Of a stretch of 64,000 nucleotides of DNA, positions 30,886-40,621 are shown in pieces. Position 1 is the stretch's first letter, and every line of letters begins with the position of its first letter. The stretch is from NCBI GenBank assembly GCA_050873865.1, contig JBNMJQ010000005.1, forward strand, positions 14,625-78,624, given 5' to 3'. The notes under the pieces were generated by a model. That model did not search any database. It saw nothing but the letters and a program-made list of their open reading frames with translations, and was not told the DNA's origin. The translations under genes and the position numbers were made by a program. Origin of the DNA: Agathobacter sp. Its GTDB lineage: Bacteria; Bacillota; Clostridia; Lachnospirales; Lachnospiraceae.

Positions 30886-32760
30886 ATGGAATCAGTAAAT
30901 GTGTTACAAAAGGGAATCAGGCAGATCATTTTGGGAGTAATCGGTTTTACGTGCAGTATTCTCTGTATTATGGGATACTATCCGGTAATACCGGCGTATT
31001 TTGCAGCGAACTATCTGCGCGGGGAAGGCGGGCTGTTATTGTATGTCGGGCTGCTTGCGGGCATGGGATATTTCCTGCCGATGACGTCAATGGTCAAATA
31101 TGGTTTTGCGCTTGTGGCGATTGCGGTGACGATCCGGTTTTATATATGGGCAAACCGCAAATGCTCCGGCGCGGTGGCGGGACTCATTGCGGGGGCAATC
31201 ATAGCGGTGATGAACATATCGGGAAATGTGTTTGCGATGGATGACAAAAGAGCGCTTTTACTTGGAGTTAGCGAAGGAATTCTCATCATGGGACTGACTA
31301 TGGCCATCTATTTTTGTATGGAAATGGCTGCCGGATATATCAAAAGCATGGAGAGGCTGCATCGGCAGGAGGAACGAAGCCCTGCACCGCAGGAACGGAA
31401 GATGGAACGTGCGGCAGCATTTGCTACTGCGGTGGATGGACTGTCGAGTGCGTTTACATCCATGCACCGCATCAAGGAAAAAACGGTTGCTGAGGACGTC
31501 GGAGCACTTGAACAGGAGATTACAGGAAAACTGTGTGCAGCGTGCGATGGCTGCGCCGTATGCTGGAATGAACACCGGATGGATCTGTCGGTGCGTATCC
31601 GGCAGATGCTTCAGGCGGTTATCGCGCACCACCCGCGTGAAGAGATTATGGAAAAAGCGTATTTGAGTACCTGTCCGCGTTACTCAAGTATGGTGGAGGA
31701 AGCAATCGCAGCATTTGGGAGGATGGAACTGAATCAGGCGTGGTACCGGCGCCTGATTGAAAACAGGATCGCAATCGCCGGGCAATTGGATGCAATTGCC
31801 GGGCTTATGAGCGAATGGAACAGAACGGATCCGGATATCACGGGCAAAAGCAGAACACTTCTTACAAAGATTGCCTACGAAACAAAGGAAAGAGGCCTGA
31901 TCGCAGAGGATGTGCACATTTATGAGGATGCACACAACCGCAGATACATCGAGGCGAATGTCGCGAGCAAATGGGGCGGCGGAATACCTGCCAGAAACTA
32001 TGTCCGTGCGCTGGAAAGGGCGATGGGACAGGAACTTCGATTGGAGCAGGGAGCCAGGTCACTTTTGACCAAAGAGCCCGTATGGATTACGGTGTATGAG
32101 GACACACGGTTTTATACAATGGCGGGAATCGCTGCCAAAAAGAAAAACGGATCATCGGTAAACGGGGATAATTTTACGATGTTTACGATGGAGGACGGCA
32201 GGCATTATGTGTGCCTCTCAGATGGAATGGGTTCCGGAAGCAGGGCGAGCCAGGAAAGCGAGCTTGTTGTGGATCTGCTGCAAAAATTTATGGAGGCGGG
32301 ATTCGGGGAGGAGATTGCCATTCGGATGATGAATTCCGCCATGGTGCTGCAGGGACAGGACAATGCATACTCTACGCTTGATCTGGCGAAGACAGATCTG
32401 TATAGCGGGGAACTGGAGCTGTACAAGATTGGTGCAGCAGCCACTTTTATCCGCAGGGGAGAGGATGTCGAGTACATTGCTTCGGGTTCGCTCCCGGCAG
32501 GAGCGAGTCTGGAACTAAAGCCGGAGATCGTCCGACGCCAATTGCAAAGTGGGGATTTCCTTGTCATGGTTTCCGATGGTGTGTTAGAATATCTTCATAC
32601 AAAAAATCCGGAACAGAAATTTGCGGAAATCTTAAGTGACATTCAGACAGATAACGCCAGCGCACTCGCGCAGAGGGCATTGGAACATGTATTGCTATTT
32701 ACCGGTGGACAGGCACCGGATGATATGACGATCCTTGTGACCGGAGTTTGGGAGAAATAG
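30886..32760 (+). CDS. spoIIE: Stage II sporulation phosphatase SpoIIE
   Basis: N-terminal TMs, C-terminal PP2C motifs NGDNF, LSDGMGSG, MVSDGV, DDMT; synteny before tilS. Confidence 0.9.
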   Translation: MESVNVLQKGIRQIILGVIGFTCSILCIMGYYPVIPAYFAANYLRGEGGLLLYVGLLAGMGYFLPMTSMVKYGFALVAIAVTIRFYIWANRKCSGAVAGLIAGAIIAVMNISGNVFAMDDKRALLLGVSEGILIMGLTMAIYFCMEMAAGYIKSMERLHRQEERSPAPQERKMERAAAFATAVDGLSSAFTSMHRIKEKTVAEDVGALEQEITGKLCAACDGCAVCWNEHRMDLSVRIRQMLQAVIAHHPREEIMEKAYLSTCPRYSSMVEEAIAAFGRMELNQAWYRRLIENRIAIAGQLDAIAGLMSEWNRTDPDITGKSRTLLTKIAYETKERGLIAEDVHIYEDAHNRRYIEANVASKWGGGIPARNYVRALERAMGQELRLEQGARSLLTKEPVWITVYEDTRFYTMAGIAAKKKNGSSVNGDNFTMFTMEDGRHYVCLSDGMGSGSRASQESELVVDLLQKFMEAGFGEEIAIRMMNSAMVLQGQDNAYSTLDLAKTDLYSGELELYKIGAAATFIRRGEDVEYIASGSLPAGASLELKPEIVRRQLQSGDFLVMVSDGVLEYLHTKNPEQKFAEILSDIQTDNASALAQRALEHVLLFTGGQAPDDMTILVTGVWEK

Positions 32761-32763
32761 ACA

Positions 32764-34224
32764 ATGGAACAAAAGATAATGGAATATATGCGCCGGAACA
32801 ACATGGCAGAGAAGGGGGATCACATTCTTGTGGCATGCTCCGGTGGTGCGGACTCCGTGTGTCTGCTCTTGATATTGCATGCATGCAGCACGAAGCTGGG
32901 AATCTCGGTATCCGCAGTACATGTGGAACATGGAATACGGGGAGCCGACAGCAGGGAAGATGCCGCTTTCGTACAGGAACTGTGCCGGCAGCTTGAGATA
33001 CCGCTTACCATCTGTACGGTAGATGTGCCAGAGTATGCAATACAGCACAAGATTGGCATGGAGGAGGCAGCCCGCATCCTGCGATATGAGCAATTGGAGA
33101 AGTGCGCCGAACAGACCGGCCACCATACCAGGATTGCCATTGCGCACCATATGGAAGATAATGTGGAGACGGTATTGTTTCAAATGGCAAGAGGAAGCGG
33201 CCTGGCAGGAATGTGCGGGATTGCCCCGGTCAGGGATACAGGGGATGTCTGCTATATCCGGCCATTGCTTTGCGTAAGCCGCAATGAGATTGAACAATAC
33301 CTTGCGGCACATGGAAAGAGCTACCGTACGGACCGGACGAATATGGATGAAAGCTATACCCGTAACCGGATCAGGAGCACGATTTTGCCGAAGCTTGCAG
33401 GAATCAATCCACAGGCGGTTGTGCATATCAATGAGAGCGCACAGCGCCTGCGGGAGGCCTATGATTTTATGCAGGAACAGACAATGGAATTTTATCGTGA
33501 GCATGTGCAGCGGAAAGAAGGCGTGCTTGGGGTGAACTGCAAAGCGCTTGCAGGACTGCATCCTGCACTGCGTCAGGAAGTCCTGCGCATGCTGCTGTTT
33601 GAGGCGTCAGGAAAGCGGAAAGATATTGCGGCAGTTCATGTGGATGCTGTGGAACATCTCATGGAGCTGCAGTCCGGCAGGCGGCTGGATCTGCCTTATG
33701 GCGTGACTGCCTACATGGAGTATGACAGGCTTTGCATGACCGGGCAGGATCAGACCGGTCATGTAAGGAATAGCGTTCCATTTTGGGTGGCAGCAGAGCA
33801 GATTGCCGCCTGCCGGAAAAACAACGAGGCAGTACTTCTCTGGGAATCAGAGGAAGGGGAGAGCCTGTGGGGGCGTGTATATGACAGAAATGCCTGTGGA
33901 GAAGAATTTGAAAAAAAACCATATACGAAACAGCTGGATTATGATAAGATTAAAGATGGATTTTTCGTGAGAACGCGCCAAAATGGCGACTATTTTGTTT
34001 TAAACGATGACTGTCAGCACAAAAAACTGAGTGATTACATGATTAACGAGAAGATTCCGGCGTCAGAAAGAGACCATATTCTGCTGCTGGCACAGGAACA
34101 CAGGGTTGCATGGATCATCGGCGGCCGCATCGGTGCAGATTACAAGATAGGCAGGGACACGGCGCAGATTTTCGAATTACAATACAATGGAGGAAATTTT
34201 CATGGATTACACGACAAAGCATAA
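32764..34224 (+). CDS. tilS: tRNA(Ile)-lysidine synthetase
   Basis: SGGADS, ARILRY, AHHMEDNVET, IRPLL, YTRNRIR. Confidence 0.95.
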   Translation: MEQKIMEYMRRNNMAEKGDHILVACSGGADSVCLLLILHACSTKLGISVSAVHVEHGIRGADSREDAAFVQELCRQLEIPLTICTVDVPEYAIQHKIGMEEAARILRYEQLEKCAEQTGHHTRIAIAHHMEDNVETVLFQMARGSGLAGMCGIAPVRDTGDVCYIRPLLCVSRNEIEQYLAAHGKSYRTDRTNMDESYTRNRIRSTILPKLAGINPQAVVHINESAQRLREAYDFMQEQTMEFYREHVQRKEGVLGVNCKALAGLHPALRQEVLRMLLFEASGKRKDIAAVHVDAVEHLMELQSGRRLDLPYGVTAYMEYDRLCMTGQDQTGHVRNSVPFWVAAEQIAACRKNNEAVLLWESEEGESLWGRVYDRNACGEEFEKKPYTKQLDYDKIKDGFFVRTRQNGDYFVLNDDCQHKKLSDYMINEKIPASERDHILLLAQEHRVAWIIGGRIGADYKIGRDTAQIFELQYNGGNFHGLHDKA

Positions 34225-34744
34225 AATCTCTGTGTACCTGACAGAGGAACAGCTGAATAAGAGAATTGCCGAGATCGGTGCAGATATTACCAAGCGTTTT
34301 GCGGGACAGTCCGTATATCTGGTATGTATCTTAAAGGGCTCTATCTTTTTTACCACAGAGCTGGCAAAGCGTATTGAATTGCCGATGACAATTGATTTTA
34401 TGTCTGTTTCAAGTTACGGTTCAGCGACAAAGTCATCCGGGGTGGTAAATGTCAAGACTGATTTAAGCCATTCCATTGAGGGTGAGAATGTTATTATTGT
34501 AGAGGATATCATTGATTCCGGCAACACCTTAAGCAGATTGATTCCGCTTTTTAAGAGCAGAAATCCAAAGAGCCTAACCTTGTGCACACTTTTGGACAAG
34601 CCGGACCGCAGAGTGGTAAATGATGTGGTATGTGATTATACCGGTTTCGTAATTCCGGATAAGTTTGTTGTGGGATACGGATTGGATTTTGACCAGCGTT
34701 ACCGCAATCTTCCATATATTGGATTCGTAGAAGACGTAGAATAG
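34202..34744 (+). CDS. hpt: Hypoxanthine phosphoribosyltransferase
   Basis: ILKGS, IVEDIIDSGNTL, FVVGYGLD...RNLPYIG. Confidence 0.96.
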   Translation: MDYTTKHKISVYLTEEQLNKRIAEIGADITKRFAGQSVYLVCILKGSIFFTTELAKRIELPMTIDFMSVSSYGSATKSSGVVNVKTDLSHSIEGENVIIVEDIIDSGNTLSRLIPLFKSRNPKSLTLCTLLDKPDRRVVNDVVCDYTGFVIPDKFVVGYGLDFDQRYRNLPYIGFVEDVE

Positions 34745-34754
34745 GAGAGACAGT

Positions 34755-36587
34755 TTGAATACCAGAAAAAACAGCACATTCAGAGGATTTGGCGTTTATA
34801 TTATGCTGATTCTCGCAGTTATTCTGATCTGGTATATGATGGGGCATAATTCATCGACCGCATCATATACAAAGAGTCAGTTTGAGAGCGCACTCGCAGA
34901 TGGACAGATCGCTACCGTAAATGTCGTCCAGAACCGGGAGATTCCGACCGGAAGCCTGCAGATCGTATATACCAATGGACAGAAATACATCCTGTATACA
35001 TCTGATGTAAACGAGTGTCAGACACTTATGGATAAGTATGAGTTTACGCAGTATACCTGCCAGGATGTACCGGCAGAGAGCTGGGTGATGACGCTGCTTC
35101 CGTATCTGCTTATATTTGGCGCATTTTTCATCTTGTTTGTGATCATGAACAACAATGCAGCTGCGCAGAACGGTGGCGGCAAGATGATGAATTTTGGCAA
35201 GAGCCGGGCAAAGCTTTCCACAGAAGAAGATAATCATGTCAAGTTTGATCAGGTTGCCGGTCTGCGTGAGGAAAAGGAAGAACTCGAGGAGATTGTCGAT
35301 TTTTTGAAAGCACCGCGCAAATATACGCAGCTTGGCGCAAGAATCCCGAAAGGTGTGCTTCTTGTAGGCCCTCCGGGAACCGGTAAGACACTTCTTGCCA
35401 AAGCGGTTGCAGGCGAAGCAGGAGTTCCGTTCTTTAGTATTTCGGGATCTGATTTCGTGGAAATGTTTGTCGGTGTCGGTGCATCCCGTGTGAGAGATCT
35501 CTTTGAGGATGCCAAGAAAAATGCTCCGTGTATCGTGTTCATCGATGAGATTGATGCAGTTGCAAGACGGCGTGGAACCGGTATGGGCGGCGGACACGAC
35601 GAGCGCGAACAGACATTGAACCAGATGCTTGTCGAGATGGACGGATTTGGTGTCAATGAGGGAATTATTGTCATGGCGGCTACAAACCGTGTAGACATTC
35701 TTGATCCTGCAATTATGAGACCGGGGCGGTTTGACCGTAAGGTGGTTGTCGGAAGACCGGATGTGGCAGGACGTGAGGAGATTCTTGCAGTCCATGCAAA
35801 GAATAAGCCGCTCGGCGATGATGTGGATTTAAAGCAGATCGCGCAGACAACAGCGGGATTTACCGGAGCAGATCTTGAAAACCTGCTGAATGAGACGGCA
35901 ATCCTTGCTGCAAAGGAGAACCGGGCATTTATCTGCCAGGCGGATATCAACAAGTCATTTGTCAAGGTTGGAATTGGTGCGGAGAAGAAGAGCCGTGTCA
36001 TCAGTGAGAAGGAAAAGCGCATCACGGCTTTTCACGAAGCTGGTCATGCAATTCTCTTTCATCTGCTTCCGGATGTCGGACCGGTATATACCGTATCTAT
36101 CATCCCGACGGGGACAGGTGCCGCAGGCTACACCATGCCGCTCCCGGAGAAAGACGAGATGTTCAACTCAAAGGGACGTATGCTTCAGGAAATTATCGTT
36201 GATCTCGGCGGCCGTGTTGCAGAGGAGCTTGTATTCGATGATATCACGACGGGAGCATCCCAGGATATCAAACAGGCAACAAAACTTGCCCGCAGCATGG
36301 TGACAAAGTATGGAATGTCCGATCAGATTGGTCTGATCTGCTATGATGATGACGATGAGGAAGTGTTCATCGGAAGAGATCTTGCGCATACCAAGAGTTA
36401 CAGCAACGCTGTGGCAGAGCGTATTGATGAGGAAGTAAAGCACATGATCGATGATGCCTATGAGAAAGCGAAGAGCATGATTTTGGAGCATCGCGGGGTG
36501 CTGGATGCCTGCGCAGAACTTCTTTTACAGAAAGAGAAGATCACACGCGACGAGTTTGAAGCTTTGTTTGAGGCTGAAAACAGTTAA
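34755..36587 (+). CDS. ftsH: ATP-dependent zinc metalloprotease FtsH
   Basis: [26 protein letters not shown]. Confidence 0.98.
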   Translation: MNTRKNSTFRGFGVYIMLILAVILIWYMMGHNSSTASYTKSQFESALADGQIATVNVVQNREIPTGSLQIVYTNGQKYILYTSDVNECQTLMDKYEFTQYTCQDVPAESWVMTLLPYLLIFGAFFILFVIMNNNAAAQNGGGKMMNFGKSRAKLSTEEDNHVKFDQVAGLREEKEELEEIVDFLKAPRKYTQLGARIPKGVLLVGPPGTGKTLLAKAVAGEAGVPFFSISGSDFVEMFVGVGASRVRDLFEDAKKNAPCIVFIDEIDAVARRRGTGMGGGHDEREQTLNQMLVEMDGFGVNEGIIVMAATNRVDILDPAIMRPGRFDRKVVVGRPDVAGREEILAVHAKNKPLGDDVDLKQIAQTTAGFTGADLENLLNETAILAAKENRAFICQADINKSFVKVGIGAEKKSRVISEKEKRITAFHEAGHAILFHLLPDVGPVYTVSIIPTGTGAAGYTMPLPEKDEMFNSKGRMLQEIIVDLGGRVAEELVFDDITTGASQDIKQATKLARSMVTKYGMSDQIGLICYDDDDEEVFIGRDLAHTKSYSNAVAERIDEEVKHMIDDAYEKAKSMILEHRGVLDACAELLLQKEKITRDEFEALFEAENS

Positions 36588-36746
36588 TTTCAAATACTGA
36601 TACAAATATGGGTGCATCTTTTGTGCATGTTTTTACGGGACCACCTCAAAATGGGAAAAAGGTACTGTACATTCTGTACAAGATGCACCTGTAATTTTTG
36701 TGAACTTTGTGCACACTTTTCGATACGTCCATGCTATTATAATAAC

Positions 36747-36840
36747 CGTAAAAACCCCCCAATACATTATATAGTTTTTGCTATACCCCATAGTAAAAAT
36801 ACCTTCTCCTAAAAAGACAGCGATCGAAGCTGTCTTTTTT
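36747..36840 (+). ncRNA. Candidate C-rich small regulatory RNA (about 95 nt)
   Basis: Extended -10 TGCTATTAT (36732-36740), C-rich tracts, 10-bp hairpin with ACCCC loop, own terminator, no RBS-led ORF. Confidence 0.5.
36811..36840 (+). terminator. Intrinsic terminator
   Basis: AAAAAGACAGC-GATCGAA-GCTGTCTTTTTT. Confidence 0.8.
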
Positions 36841-36861
36841 ACTATCTAAAAATATCACCGA

Positions 36862-37473
36862 ATATCCCCACCATCACTCGTAAGACCATTCAGACAGTCG
36901 CTGGCATTCAAAGCCTATTGCGCAAGGCATGCCAACTTCGCACGCCGCGCCGCCCCCTCTCCCTTGCCGAGAAAGCAATTCCACAAAAATTGTAGAAATT
37001 CTTTCAACCATTCCCACGGTGATAAGGTTGTGTCTTTTATTGGCTTTGACACTCCACGCCCGACTGTCCCACGGTAGGCGCACTTTTCTGTCGGACTTCC
37101 TAGTCTCCCTAAGCGAGCGCCCCCACAAAGTTGATATTAGGAGCATGCTCCTCGAAACTCGCATTCAATGTGTCCTATATGCGAACATTTCAAGCTCAGA
37201 CAACTCGAAGCATGCTCCCATTTTGCTCGGCACGCTCGCCAAGGGAGACACGAAAGCCCTCGGAAGAAAAGTCCGTCTACCGGGAACAGCCGGGCAGGAG
37301 TGCTCAAAACTTTAAAAGACATAACTAATAAATAAACCGTGGGATGGTTGGATTAGAATTTCACAATTTGAAGTGGTGCTTTCCCGGCAAGGGAGAGGGG
37401 GCGGCGCGGGATGGGACGTTGATTGATATGCCTTGCGGTTACACTTTAAACGCCCCTGTAATTGATGGGGATA
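36862..37473. repeat. Long imperfect palindromic (rod-folding) intergenic element, copy B
   Basis: Nested inverted pairing along the element, including a perfect 25-bp stem 36945-36969/37385-37409. Homologous, in inverted orientation, to 29059-29385. Confidence 0.88.
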
Positions 37474-37561
37474 ATGAATGAAAGCGAGTGGAATTAGGAC
37501 TTGTGTAAATAAAGTGAATATGGTATACTTTCAGAGTGTTAAGGTAATGCCTTGACGAAAT

Positions 37562-37643
37562 GGGCAGATTCCCGAGTGGCCAAAGGGGACAGACTGTAAA
37601 TCTGCTGCAACTTGCTTCGGTGGTTCGAATCCACCTCTGCCCA
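37562..37643 (+). tRNA. tRNA-Tyr (GTA), CCA not encoded
   Basis: Acceptor stem GGGCAGA/TCTGCCC, anticodon arm CAGA-CTGTAAA-TCTG, long variable arm, GGTTCGAATCC. Extended -10 TGGTATACT upstream. Confidence 0.96.
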
Positions 37644-37645
37644 TG

Positions 37646-37673
37646 AAAAAACCGGATCGTATGATCCGGTTTT
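37646..37673. terminator. Bidirectional terminator after tRNA-Tyr
   Basis: AAAAACCGGATC-GTAT-GATCCGGTTTTT. Confidence 0.85.
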
Positions 37674-37688
37674 TATTGTTTATAGGAA

Positions 37689-39599
37689 TTACTGCACAAT
37701 CACTTCCCACGGCATGACATCCTCCCAGCCGGTCGTGTCAAAGCCGTCGCGGATACATTCGCAGTAGTAGCGGAATTTCTCGGCGGTCGGGGAATCCTCC
37801 TTGAAGAAGGCATCCTCGTCAAAGCTTCCAAGATAGTCTGCCATTGCCAGCCCGAACAGTTCTGCACGGTCTTCGGTAGCGAAGGTCAGCCCGTAAGCGT
37901 CCGCAAAGTAGTCCGAATACAGCTCGTACATTTCACTTTCCTCATATCCATCGTAGGTGTTTAGATATTCACATCCATCCGGGTTAAAGGAACTCCATTT
38001 GCTCTCCGAAAAAAGCGCATCCGCAACATAATTGGATCGATATTCCAGCCGCTGGTCGATCAGATGCGACAGCTCATGGTTGATGGTGTAATCCCAATCC
38101 CAGCAGTATGGAGTGCTTAAAACCATGACAAGCTGCCGGTCAACAGAGTCGGTAAAACCGGTAGGCTCGCTCAGCATGCCATCGGTGTCGCTGTGAATGC
38201 TGCCGGCAAGATAAAACGTGATGCCGGTATTTTCACCCATGCAGAGCTGGGCGAAGAAGCTGGAAGGATAGCATTTGAGCGAAGCGGAAAGTTTGTCCAG
38301 GCATTCCGTCAGTACGGCATTGTCGTTCTCTGGTGAAAGCTGGTATATTCCGAGCTGATCCGGTGTTTCCGGACCGAAACATATTTCAATGCCATAGATC
38401 TGCTCTAACGCATCCGCGCGGGCACGAAGATCTAAAAGCTGTCCCCAATCCAGAGCGGAATCGTCAGTGGCGTCCTGATTGGCGGAGATGGAAAGCGGCT
38501 GCATATCGGATTGTGATCTGCTCAAATCCCATACCAGAAGGAATGGCTGGCAATCGGAACTGTATGCCAGCAAAAATCCGAGCTGCTGTTCATCAAAGAA
38601 ACCGAGATTACGGCCAAGGTAGTAAAAATCTTCTGTGGAGCTGTAATCACCGCAATCATAGGAGCAGGAGGAAATTCCGCAACCGTTTGCGCCATAATAA
38701 GAGAATTCTGCCAGATAATGGGATGAGGAATCGTCAAGCGTATAATTCCGCTGCAGGATATTCCCATCCGGGAAAAAGTCAGTATTGGCATCCGCTGCGA
38801 CTTCGCATAGGTCGCCTGCTGCATATGAGCGGACAACAGTCCCGGACTCTGCATCATAAACAATAATCACGTCCTGAAGAGAGGATTCATCTACTCCTGA
38901 AAATGTAAGTGTGTGTGCAGAAGGTGTACTGTATAGCGGAATGATGTCGTAATATGGAATGGACAGCAGAGTATGGGAAGTTGCTCCATCGGAAAACCGC
39001 AGACATTCCAAAAACTCATTGTCCGGCGAATATACGTAAAATGTATCCGCAATGCCAGAGGCATAAAAAGTAAGTGCGTCAATGTCCTCGTAAAAGGAAA
39101 TATCGTAGCTGCCTGCCGGCTTTAAGTCTGCATCATATACAAGCAATTGACCATTTACGGAGTCAAGCAGCAAAAGGGCGTCCCCACACACCTGATAGGA
39201 AGTGCATGATACTTCGGAGTGGGGAAGTGTTGCGGTGATCCGGTTGTACCACGGACTATACAATTCAAATGAATATTGGTAAGAGTCATCTTCACTATCA
39301 TTGAAACGGTCGGAAATTACAGAGCGGTAGCTTGCTTCGCCGGCAAGAAGAAGATTATCCCCGAAACGAAACAAGTCATTGTACGGCTTGCCGGAGAAAA
39401 AATCGTTCTCCAGGGTGAAAAGATTCGATGTGCCCGGAACAGAAGTCGTCTGGTCCCAGAAACGGGGATTGTCATGCACATAGGTATCGCGCTCCGATTT
39501 ACCCATAAAAAGAATGGAAAGATCTGATATACTGCATGCACTGCAGAAGAGAAGTACACACAGAATCAGAACTGTCCATTTATAGCGGCGGTGCTTCAT
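37689..39599 (-). CDS. Exported/lipoprotein with C-terminal zincin-like HEXXH domain
   Basis: Signal peptide with CSAC, NHELSH (HEXXH) and downstream EDRAELF. Confidence 0.65.
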   Translation of the reverse strand: MKHRRYKWTVLILCVLLFCSACSISDLSILFMGKSERDTYVHDNPRFWDQTTSVPGTSNLFTLENDFFSGKPYNDLFRFGDNLLLAGEASYRSVISDRFNDSEDDSYQYSFELYSPWYNRITATLPHSEVSCTSYQVCGDALLLLDSVNGQLLVYDADLKPAGSYDISFYEDIDALTFYASGIADTFYVYSPDNEFLECLRFSDGATSHTLLSIPYYDIIPLYSTPSAHTLTFSGVDESSLQDVIIVYDAESGTVVRSYAAGDLCEVAADANTDFFPDGNILQRNYTLDDSSSHYLAEFSYYGANGCGISSCSYDCGDYSSTEDFYYLGRNLGFFDEQQLGFLLAYSSDCQPFLLVWDLSRSQSDMQPLSISANQDATDDSALDWGQLLDLRARADALEQIYGIEICFGPETPDQLGIYQLSPENDNAVLTECLDKLSASLKCYPSSFFAQLCMGENTGITFYLAGSIHSDTDGMLSEPTGFTDSVDRQLVMVLSTPYCWDWDYTINHELSHLIDQRLEYRSNYVADALFSESKWSSFNPDGCEYLNTYDGYEESEMYELYSDYFADAYGLTFATEDRAELFGLAMADYLGSFDEDAFFKEDSPTAEKFRYYCECIRDGFDTTGWEDVMPWEVIVQ

Positions 39600-40621
39600 A
39601 GAGAGTCTCCGTGTTTTACTCCGGTGGAAACCGGAACCCGTGTGGTTGAATCACGCTCGATAAGCTGTGGACGCATCAGGGTCTTACTGATTGGAATATG
39701 CCGGATCAGGGATTCGAGCATGACATATGCGCAGCGCCCAAGCTCATTCAATTCCTGCCGGATGGTTGTAAGCGTCGGATTAAGTGATGCAGCAAGCGGA
39801 ATGTCATCAAAACCAATCACACTGATGTCATCCGGTACGCGGAATCCACGCTCCTGGCATTCTTCGATAACACCCTTTGCAATCAGGTCATTACCACAGA
39901 GGATTGCGGTTGCGCCTGCGGCCAGAAAGCCCGGCACATGATACTTTGCACTGTCGGAAACATAGTAGCCACGGGCCATCAGTTCGCGGCTGACAGAAAG
40001 CCCGAATTTCTCCATGGCATTTTCAAACGCCTCCTGTCTCTGGTCGGATACCAGAGAGTAAAGAGAACCGTTCAAAAAGGCAATTTTTTTGTGACCGAGC
40101 GTATATAAGTGGCGGACTGCAAGCTCGATGCCTTCATAGCTGTCCGTGCCGACATAGCAGACATTTGGGTTCTCCGGAATAAAATTATCCAGAAGAACGG
40201 TCGGCATTGTTGTATTCTCAAGCTGCTTCATCCATTCGTCATGGAGCGCGAAACCGGCAAGGAAGGCACCACAGTAACCGTTTCTTAACAGGTAAGTGTC
40301 ATACTTTTCCTCCATCTGGAAGCTTGGATTCATAGGAACAATTGTGACATCCCAATTGGCACGGTAAGCATTTTGCTTAAATCCAAGTACCAGCTCATAT
40401 CCGAATTCGCCCGGATGTTCATAGTCCATATTTTCAACCATGAGACAGAGTTTCCGGTTCTCCTCCTTGCGGGAGCGCTTTGTGCTATAGCCCATCTCCA
40501 CGGCTGTGTCTAAAACCATCTGGCGGAGCTCATCACTGATGTCACTTGCACCATTAAGCCCTTTGGATACAGTGCTGACGGAGACGCCAAGCCGGTTGGC
40601 AATATCTTTGATCGTTGGCAT
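39596..40621 (-). CDS. LacI-family transcriptional regulator
   Basis: MPTIKDIANRLGVSVSTVSKGLNG, VPDDISVIGFDD, LTTIRQ. Confidence 0.96.
   Translation of the reverse strand: MPTIKDIANRLGVSVSTVSKGLNGASDISDELRQMVLDTAVEMGYSTKRSRKEENRKLCLMVENMDYEHPGEFGYELVLGFKQNAYRANWDVTIVPMNPSFQMEEKYDTYLLRNGYCGAFLAGFALHDEWMKQLENTTMPTVLLDNFIPENPNVCYVGTDSYEGIELAVRHLYTLGHKKIAFLNGSLYSLVSDQRQEAFENAMEKFGLSVSRELMARGYYVSDSAKYHVPGFLAAGATAILCGNDLIAKGVIEECQERGFRVPDDISVIGFDDIPLAASLNPTLTTIRQELNELGRCAYVMLESLIRHIPISKTLMRPQLIERDSTTRVPVSTGVKHGDSL

Noticed and set aside
34863-36025. Long antisense ORFs (310 aa and 258 aa opposite ftsH, and similar ones opposite other genes)
   Set aside because: Shadow ORFs of well-conserved sense genes, with no recognisable motifs or RBS.
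37046-37051. TTGACA inside the rod element as a mobile promoter
   Set aside because: No -10-like hexamer at 16-18 nt spacing in copy B.
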